From Bacillus suaedaesalsae (GTDB lineage: Bacteria; Bacillota; Bacilli; Bacillales; SA4), in assembly GCF_016890225.1 (NCBI RefSeq), contig NZ_JAFELM010000021.1, positions 30,933 through 54,932 of the forward strand: a DNA stretch of 24,000 nt. The letters run 5' to 3'. The notes under the pieces were generated by a model that saw nothing but the letters and a program-made list of their open reading frames with translations, was not told the DNA's origin and searched no databases. Below, in pieces: positions 16,481-22,821 of the stretch (positions are counted from its first letter, which is position 1; every line of letters begins with the position of its first letter). Position numbers and translations under genes: made by a program.

Positions 16481-16993
16481 TTATTTCAAAATGGAATTGT
16501 ATAGTGATCCCTTCCTCTTAGACCATTCGTAAATATAGTTTTTTAATTCCTCGACTCTTTGATCAGCATTAATCTTTCCATTTCTCTTACCAACTAATGA
16601 ATCCATTTTTAAAAACTCATGTATTAAATTTTCAGAATCGGGATACTCATAGCTATCGTTATATCCTGGATTAAGCCAATGCAAGTAAATAAAGTAATTG
16701 TTCTTTTGAAAATATCTTAGGGTGTTTAATGCATCTTTCTTAAATTGTATAGAACATAAAACGATTTCTGGAAGGTAGTCAACTTGTATTATCTCTTCTA
16801 CTGTTTTTCCCCGTTCTTGTGGAGAACCATTGATTAAAAATACGTCAGTGAACTCTCCATTAGGACCTACTTCTAATTTTCTTTCTGACCTTTGAGCTGT
16901 TCTTATATTCTTATCGTTAAAAAGTTTCTTCCATGTTTCCGACTTCCCAGAATTTCGATGACCAATTACTGCAATAAGTAATTTTTTTGTCAT
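16481..16993 (-). CDS. Small P-loop NTPase (170 aa), family not recognised
   Basis: SD GGAGG upstream. Walker A GHRNSGKS near the N-terminus (nt 16943-16966). A hydrophobic strand VFLINGSPQE is a possible Walker B. Confidence 0.6.
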   Translation of the reverse strand: MTKKLLIAVIGHRNSGKSETWKKLFNDKNIRTAQRSERKLEVGPNGEFTDVFLINGSPQERGKTVEEIIQVDYLPEIVLCSIQFKKDALNTLRYFQKNNYFIYLHWLNPGYNDSYEYPDSENLIHEFLKMDSLVGKRNGKINADQRVEELKNYIYEWSKRKGSLYNSILK

Positions 16994-17187
16994 AGTTTTA
17001 CCTCCATTATCTTACTGTTATGGTTAACATATTCTAAAAGAAGGTAAATAGAACTATTCTTTATATCAAGAATAATACTTGTACTGATCAAAGCCAGATA
17101 GTTTATTTTATGTGGGTACTATTCTAGAGTACATACTTTTTTACTTTTATTGGGAAAATAGTTTCATGTTTGAAAGGAGGATTTTTA

Positions 17188-17646
17188 ATGAGAAATTTCA
17201 CTTCGGCATTTACTCTTGCTGTATTACTAATATCAGCACCACATTTCACAAAGGCAAATTCAATGAAAGAACCCGTTGTACTTGAATCTGGTGAATGGAC
17301 ACTGACACTTGGTAATCCTGAAGTAACAGAGGAGGAACATTTGGCAAAAGGGAATAAAAATGCAGTTGTTTACTCATTAGGAATTACTAATAAATCTGGA
17401 CAAAAATATAATGTGAGAGTCCATACATTTAGAAAGGAACAAGGGAAGTCCTATGATTTCGGAATGTCTTTACATGAGACTGAAGGAATAGATATGGGTA
17501 CCGCTTCGGAACAAGGGAATGAAATTAAACATGTAAATTTCCCTGTGGGTAAAAAGACAAAAGAATTTGAAGTATTAATTACATGGCAGGATAAAGAAGA
17601 ATTCGGCAGGTTCTATAAACAGGAATTTATTGTTCCAGTAAAATAA
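17188..17646 (+). CDS. Secreted small protein (152 aa)
   Basis: SD AAAGGAGG (17173-17180) precedes the ATG at 17188. Signal peptide MRNFTSAFTLAVLLISAPHFTKA-NS. Confidence 0.65.
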   Translation: MRNFTSAFTLAVLLISAPHFTKANSMKEPVVLESGEWTLTLGNPEVTEEEHLAKGNKNAVVYSLGITNKSGQKYNVRVHTFRKEQGKSYDFGMSLHETEGIDMGTASEQGNEIKHVNFPVGKKTKEFEVLITWQDKEEFGRFYKQEFIVPVK

Positions 17647-17829
17647 TAACATTATTTATGGTTGTATATGAGATGTTGTGGAATTGAGGCAACTCTTTCT
17701 TTAAATAAATGGGAGTTTTTAGTATAAGAACAGAAGTTGTTGTTCAACTCCCTCCTTAATTGAAGTTAACAAGCAGGTAGTTTAGCTGAGTAGGAAGGAT
17801 ATATTGTTATTAATATTAGAAAAGTATTG

Positions 17830-17857
17830 AGAACGTCAAAGATGACGTTCTTTTTTA
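17830..17857 (+). terminator. Rho-independent terminator ~185 nt downstream of the nearest + strand stop
   Basis: AGAACGTCA (17830-17838), loop AAGA, TGACGTTCT (17843-17851), then T6. Confidence 0.7.
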
Positions 17858-18017
17858 TTGGCTGTTTTCGTAATGATTGTTGCTTTTTATTTATCCTGAA
17901 AGATTGTAGTATAAAAGAATAACAATTTATAATAGGAGATTTAAAAATCAAATTTTAAAGAAAGTTATGAAACCTTTTGATTTTATATCCGTAAAGTTAT
18001 ATAGGAGAGGTGATGTT

Positions 18018-18533
18018 TTGAAAAAGTTTTACGTACCGTTTATGTTAATCTTTATCTTGTTTGGTTGCTCAACCAAGACTACGGAACCAAGTAACACAGA
18101 AGGTTTATCATTAGAAAACCAAATCACCAATGTTATGTCAGAAAATAATTTAAGCAATAAAGAAATTATTGATTATGATATTAAGGATAACTTCATCTAC
18201 GTAATTTTCGAAAATAGACAAGGAGATAACAGTTATCCAGATTTAGCTATTCTAAAGAATAACAATGGAAAATTAGTATGGGAAGCAGGTCCAGACGACC
18301 GAACTCAGTCAATAAGTGATGCTATGGTCTTTGGAAGGGATGAAGGTTCTACTGTAACATTACTTTTACCAAACCAAGAGAACATAAAAAGCATTAAAGT
18401 CTTAGGGGAATATGCAAAAGCTGTAACTTACGTTGAGGAAGTTACTGATGATTTTTATATGAAACATATGTATTGGATTGCATATACGAATGAAGAACCA
18501 ACACACGAGGATATTGAAATCATAATGGAATAA
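18018..18533 (+). CDS. Lipoprotein (171 aa)
   Basis: SD AGGAGAGG (18003-18010) precedes the in-frame TTG at 18018. Signal peptide MKKFYVPFMLIFILFGC-S carries the lipobox LFGC. Confidence 0.65.
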   Translation: MKKFYVPFMLIFILFGCSTKTTEPSNTEGLSLENQITNVMSENNLSNKEIIDYDIKDNFIYVIFENRQGDNSYPDLAILKNNNGKLVWEAGPDDRTQSISDAMVFGRDEGSTVTLLLPNQENIKSIKVLGEYAKAVTYVEEVTDDFYMKHMYWIAYTNEEPTHEDIEIIME

Positions 18534-18539
18534 ATGATT

Positions 18540-18570
18540 AACGCTTGGGTATAAACCCAAACGTTTTTTT
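18540..18570 (+). terminator. Rho-independent terminator
   Basis: AACGCTTGGGT / ACCCAAACGTT stem (10 of 11 bp) with loop ATAA, followed by T7. Confidence 0.75.
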
Positions 18571-18821
18571 ATGCACTTCTAAACATCTCGACAGTAGCAT
18601 AATTTGACTTATGGTCAGCTTGAAATAAAAGTTACTTCACTCGCTCCTTGTGAGCCAACTCGTTTCGATTTTGTGCGACTCCACCACGTTTACGAACTTC
18701 TCGGTAATCTTCGATTAGTAATTTACTACATCTCCATCAGTATTCAATATTTTAATATCATATGTATCAATACTTGATACTGAATCTAATTCATTAGATT
18801 GTAAGATTTCAATAACTTCTT

Positions 18822-19337
18822 TCACAACCATCTTAGCTGCCTTAGTTGCTTCTTACCTGAATCTTTTATTGATGTTTGGATGGAAATAGTCTTTTGTGGA
18901 TACTCGGTATGTATATCTCCAACACCTTCGTATTCTTTAAGTCCTTCCATTAAAGTTGATGTTAATAGTGAAAGTTCCTTGTTAATTTCTTCACTATTTT
19001 GCGAAGATAAATCTATTCCTTCAACAACAATATTATAATCTTTTATTGAGGATGAGTTAATAATTCTTGTTGTGGTTGTCTTTATATCATTTTTCACGGT
19101 GTTAATATAATCTGCATTCCCATTTATTTGTATCACTAACTCATTCTTATGTGTTGTTTTTACAAACACACCCTCATATTTGTCATCTAACCTATCAGTC
19201 AAAGATTCCAATAAAGATAAATCCTTCCCTATCTTCGAATCATTAGCTTTTTTGGCTTCAAAAGGATTAGTTAAGATGCTAAATGATAATGTTCCTACTA
19301 CTATAATTCCAACAATGATTATAATCACTTTTTTCAT
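18822..19337 (-). CDS. N-terminally membrane-anchored protein (171 aa), possibly frameshifted near its 3' end
   Basis: SD AGGAGGG. TM anchor MKKVIIIIVGIIVVGTLSFSIL. A second frame continues (EATKAAKMVVKEVIEILQSNELDSVSSIDTYDIKILNTDGDVVNY) to a stop at 18715-18717. Confidence 0.55.
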   Translation of the reverse strand: MKKVIIIIVGIIVVGTLSFSILTNPFEAKKANDSKIGKDLSLLESLTDRLDDKYEGVFVKTTHKNELVIQINGNADYINTVKNDIKTTTTRIINSSSIKDYNIVVEGIDLSSQNSEEINKELSLLTSTLMEGLKEYEGVGDIHTEYPQKTISIQTSIKDSGKKQLRQLRWL

Positions 19338-19534
19338 AAGATCCCTCCTGATATGAGGGTATGTACTATTTTCTAAATAATGTCATAAAAGTCTTTACTG
19401 ATTAGAAGAAAATAGACATTTGATCATAAAATGGACTTTCCCTTTTATAGGGATGTTATTAATGTGAAATTCGAAATTAGTCTGGATTAAGTTTTAATAA
19501 ATATATGTTATATTGTGACAAACTCATCTTCTTA

Positions 19535-19726
19535 TCAAACCTGAATACTAGTATGATTTTTCGACTTAATCTGGTTATAAAAAAGTATATATGATAGGCA
19601 AATAACGAGTGGGAAATTCAATTGTTTTCCTGCAACTAACAACTCGATTTTAAACATATGGGTTAGGAAAATTAACAGATGGTTCATAACTAAGCTAAGT
19701 GAGAAGGTATATATAAAGTTATTCAT
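19535..19726 (-). CDS. 63-aa hydrophobic peptide, start overlapping the stop of the upstream gene
   Basis: ATGAATAA overlap (19719-19726). AAGGAGGTGA lies inside the 3' end of the upstream gene, 8 nt before this ATG. Two hydrophobic segments: FIYTFSLSLVMNHLLIFLTHMF and FPLVICLSYILFY. Confidence 0.45.
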   Translation of the reverse strand: MNNFIYTFSLSLVMNHLLIFLTHMFKIELLVAGKQLNFPLVICLSYILFYNQIKSKNHTSIQV

Positions 19727-20702
19727 ATTTTATCTCACCTCCTTTTAGCTCCTCGTCTAAGGACTGAAGTACAATAGGAAGAGCCATATGCAATGTTTCT
19801 TTGTCACCGATGTTCTCACTCAAACTAAGTAACTGGTTCAAAAATTTAACCAACAGTCGGTTCACTAGCAAGAGAATAATTAGGAATTTTAATAAATTTG
19901 GATCAACTAGAGGATTGCCCAGTCCAGCATTTTTAAACATTAATATAAAAGGAGTAATAAACTTGTCAATAAAAACTGAATTGACTTGATTTTCCTTAAA
20001 GTATTCGATATACCAGCCTATAAACTTAAATACTCTTTGAACTTCTGATAATTCTTCTTTGGTAATTCTATTAATTTGATAACCCCAGTTACTGACATCC
20101 ATCCATTCTTGTGTAGAGTCTTTATTTGTTATTGATCCAGGTGATGTGTATCCTAACTGATCCAAAAAAATTTTGCTGGTCTCTTCATCTAGTTGTCCAT
20201 TTGAAAAAATTTCATTAATCACATTTAGGACTGTAAATAATTTTTCCTGTTCTTGTCTCCTCAATTTCATTTTTCTTTCTAACTCTTTTTTACTTGGTCT
20301 TCCAGAATTCAGAACTGGAAGATTTTTCTCGGCTACTTCTCCGACAACCCATTCTTTTTTACTATTATCTTCAATCACTTCTAATAAATGATTAAAATTT
20401 ACAATCATATCTTCTACATAATCAACCAATGATAACTTTAGTTTTTTAATATCTACTAAATACCCTTTTGAAAATAGGAACTGGATAAGATCTTTATCGT
20501 ATATTCCATTACTTTTTAAATTCGTTATCTCTAATATTACGTCTAATGAATTTAAAGGATAGCACGCTTTAACACCTTTTCCTTTTCCTTCACTGCTTCT
20601 TTCAGAGGATAATAGTCCGTTTTGTACATATCTTCTAAATTGGCTATCTGTTAAATGAATATTATTCTTTTCCGCCTCAATAAATATTTCTTCCCTTTTC
20701 AT
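19719..20702 (-). CDS. Hypothetical protein with an N-terminal MerR/YhbD-like HTH-type domain (327 aa)
   Basis: Start taken at the ATG (track M9) after SD AAGGAG. N-terminus REEIFIEAEKNNIHLTDSQFRRYVQNGLLSSERSSEGKGKGVKACYPLNSLDVILEI fits the remembered MerR-like winged-helix pattern. The rest is helical and unrecognised. Confidence 0.55.
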   Translation of the reverse strand: MKREEIFIEAEKNNIHLTDSQFRRYVQNGLLSSERSSEGKGKGVKACYPLNSLDVILEITNLKSNGIYDKDLIQFLFSKGYLVDIKKLKLSLVDYVEDMIVNFNHLLEVIEDNSKKEWVVGEVAEKNLPVLNSGRPSKKELERKMKLRRQEQEKLFTVLNVINEIFSNGQLDEETSKIFLDQLGYTSPGSITNKDSTQEWMDVSNWGYQINRITKEELSEVQRVFKFIGWYIEYFKENQVNSVFIDKFITPFILMFKNAGLGNPLVDPNLLKFLIILLLVNRLLVKFLNQLLSLSENIGDKETLHMALPIVLQSLDEELKGGEIKYE

Positions 20703-20944
20703 AAAGTCACACTCCTTATAATCCAATTCTAAGTGAGATTAATAGATGAAAACAACATGATGAGAATGCGCAAATGAAAATAAATTATAATAGACCTAGA
20801 ATTAATATCTTTATAATAAATAGAAGGAGTTAAGAAATGATTTCTAGAAGTAAGAGCTGTTAAAGTTTAAAGATGTGTGAAGTGGAAGAATGATAGCAAT
20901 TAATCAGTAAGGTCATGCAAAGATAGTTAAGGGGAAATGGAACA

Positions 20945-21322
20945 ATGTTAGATAATAAAATACAAAAAGATGATATAGTGCATTTTTTAGACCTAGTAAA
21001 TTCAAGTTATAGTCCTAATTTTAAGTTAGGGCACTCAAAAATTGGAAAGCCGAAGCCATATTATAAAATATTAAAAGAAGAATACGTAGATAGTCTTGAA
21101 TATCAAAGTTTTATAAAAGTCTATTTATTTTCAAGACATGTTTTAAATGAGCAAGAATTGTATGTATTAAATCATACATATGGGGTATCAGGTGAGTTCT
21201 ACAAGGGGACTCAAATTGCAAAAATGTTAAACTTATCAAATACACGTATAAGAGCTGTGAGGGTTAAAGGTGAACAAAAAATAAGCACATTTTTAAGGAA
21301 GCAGCTTAATAAAGTTCATTGA
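20945..21322 (+). CDS. Small protein with a sigma-70 region-4-like HTH only (125 aa)
   Basis: SD AAGGGGA. The C-terminal LNEQELYVLNHTYGVSGEFYKGTQIAKMLNLSNTRIRAVRVKGEQKISTFLRKQL matches the region 4.2 pattern. No region 2. Confidence 0.5.
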   Translation: MLDNKIQKDDIVHFLDLVNSSYSPNFKLGHSKIGKPKPYYKILKEEYVDSLEYQSFIKVYLFSRHVLNEQELYVLNHTYGVSGEFYKGTQIAKMLNLSNTRIRAVRVKGEQKISTFLRKQLNKVH

Positions 21323-21388
21323 ATTGATGAATCTTTATCTTAAATGTTTAAAATGTTGAATGCACAAAAGTAAATCATAGAAAACAAA

Positions 21389-21415
21389 GGGACCACATTG
21401 TGGTCCTATTTCTTG
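21389..21415 (+). terminator. Probable terminator
   Basis: GGACCAC / GTGGTCC stem at 21390-21406 followed by a T-rich stretch (TATTTCTT). Confidence 0.45.
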
Positions 21416-21520
21416 TGATTCCACCAATAAAATTATGAATTCTTATAAAATTTTAAAAAACTTTACAAATTATTAAGCCAAATTAGAAACTTTATTGTCT
21501 AATGTATGGAAGCATAAATA

Positions 21521-21646
21521 GTGGATGGGGGAAATGACATTATTAAACTAGTTAAAAAAGCGCAAAAGGGTGATGACATAGCATTCTTGAAGCTTTTAGA
21601 AAAGTACGAGTTCGTAATAGATACAAAGTATTTGATTCCGACTTAA
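21521..21646 (+). pseudogene. Remnant of an ECF/sigma-70-family sigma factor N-terminus (41 codons)
   Basis: GTG-initiated MDGGNDIIKLVKKAQKGDDIAFLKLLEKYE is the typical start of group-4 sigma factors (AQ.GD..AF..L...Y). It then diverges and stops. Regions 2 and 4 are absent. Confidence 0.45.
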
Positions 21647-21762
21647 AAGTAAAGCTAATTAAATATGAACAACTTGGAAGGGAATAGGGTAGCTGACAAA
21701 TCTCTTAGTATTATTTTCTTTATAAAGAGCCAATGAAGAATCGAGTATCTTCATTTAGTAGT

Positions 21763-21795
21763 AGCAGGTCACATTTATAAGTGAACTGCTTTTTC
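21763..21795 (+). terminator. Hairpin plus T-run (plus-strand terminator with no intact gene upstream)
   Basis: AGCAGGTCAC (21763-21772) / GTGAACTGCT (21781-21790), 9 of 10 bp, followed by T5. Confidence 0.5.
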
Positions 21796-21812
21796 ACTTT
21801 TTAGAGGAGATA

Positions 21813-22127
21813 CTATTCTTCATTCATTCTGCTTACCAAGAGTGTGATTCTATCAGTTCGGCTAAACATATTAATAAAAATGAAGTTAACACATTCAATA
21901 GCTTTAATAAATTTAAAGTGGATCGGTGTATCATCAAAAATGCAGTTTCTCTGGAGACATAATCCATTGCACGAAACATTCATATCCCATAAAAAGTAGG
22001 CTGAATAATAACCCCTCTCAGACAGCATGACTCCTATTCCTTCCTTAAATTCAACTATCTTTGTCCCTCCAATACTAAGGGACTCGACCTCTCTCAAGTA
22101 ATCTAAAAAACGTTCTTCTATATTACT
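21813..22127 (-). CDS. Hypothetical protein (104 aa)
   Basis: Start taken at the ATG (track M32) after SD AGGAGG. No recognised motif. Confidence 0.5.
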   Translation of the reverse strand, partial: SNIEERFLDYLREVESLSIGGTKIVEFKEGIGVMLSERGYYSAYFLWDMNVSCNGLCLQRNCIFDDTPIHFKFIKAIECVNFIFINMFSRTDRITLLVSRMNEE

Positions 22128-22202
22128 CATGCTACAAATACCTCCTAAAAACCTGAGTATCTTCATATTAGTCCAGAAACGGTAAAAATATTCACCATTA
22201 TT

Positions 22203-22230
22203 AAAAAAATATTTTATCAAAATGAATAAT
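22203..22230. repeat. 28-nt direct repeat, copy 1
   Basis: AAAAAAATATTTTATCAAAATGAATAAT. 25 of 28 identical to copy 2 at 22289-22316. Confidence 0.7.
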
Positions 22231-22239
22231 TAATAATAA

Positions 22240-22272
22240 AAAGAGACCCTCAAATTAAGATTGTAGGGTCCT
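22240..22272 (-). terminator. Probable terminator of the XRE gene
   Basis: GACCCT / AGGGTC stem. On the minus strand it is followed by TCTTTTT. Confidence 0.4.
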
Positions 22273-22288
22273 TTCTTTCATTTCTATC

Positions 22289-22316
22289 AAAAAAACATTT
22301 TATTAAAATGAATAAG
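22289..22316. repeat. 28-nt direct repeat, copy 2
   Basis: AAAAAAACATTTTATTAAAATGAATAAG. On the minus strand it contains the CATTTT/AAAATG mini-hairpin followed by T7. Confidence 0.7.
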
Positions 22317-22343
22317 ATATGAAAATCGCGTCTAAACAGTATA

Positions 22344-22697
22344 TCAAGACTTCTGGTTATTTTTATCAAAGAGGTCAGCGCCTTTTTCCACAAGTGAAAG
22401 AAGATATTCGGATTGGTCGGGATTTTCTTTATTTATCTTTCTAAGGAGGTGGTTAATGTGAAGGAGTCTTAACTCAAACTCGTCATCATCTTTTATAACT
22501 TTCATTGTCTCTAGACTAAATAGAGCAAACTCATCTTGCAGTTGTTGTAACAATGAAAGTTGTATGGTTTCACTCTTTCCAGTTTCAAGGTTACTTAGAT
22601 AACCAGCTGAGACTCCTAATTTATTTGCTAAATCGTGTAAACTGTATCCACATTTCTTTCGAAGAGTTCTAACTTTTTGTCCTATATCAGTTATCAT
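22344..22697 (-). CDS. XRE-family helix-turn-helix transcriptional regulator (117 aa)
   Basis: HTH_3 pattern IGQKVRTLRKKCGYSLHDLANKLGVSAGYLSNLETGK. The SD GAGGTGA favours the ATG at 22697 over the GTG at 22706. Confidence 0.8.
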   Translation of the reverse strand: MITDIGQKVRTLRKKCGYSLHDLANKLGVSAGYLSNLETGKSETIQLSLLQQLQDEFALFSLETMKVIKDDDEFELRLLHINHLLRKINKENPDQSEYLLSLVEKGADLFDKNNQKS

Positions 22698-22821
22698 GTC
22701 GTTCACCTCGTGGCTAGATTAGTATGATGTTTTATCTAGTTGTCTTTCTAATTTCATTATAACAAGAGGTAAAAAGATTTGGTGGAAAATTTTGAAAAAA
22801 ATAAAGGGGTTATGTTTCTAG

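Noticed and set aside
18570-18715. Locally GC-richer stretch whose minus strand reads LLIEDYREVRKRGGVAQNRNELAHKERVK*
   Set aside because: It has no start codon or SD, spans only ~33 codons, and I recognise no family. It might be a gene remnant, but the evidence is insufficient to call a pseudogene.
15209-20391. Antisense or embedded track ORFs inside island genes (15209-15412-, 17766-17951-, 19801-19989+, 20173-20391+)
   Set aside because: Same reasoning as for the core shadow ORFs: no SD, and shadow frames of longer ORFs. In addition, 17766-17951 spans a plus-strand terminator.
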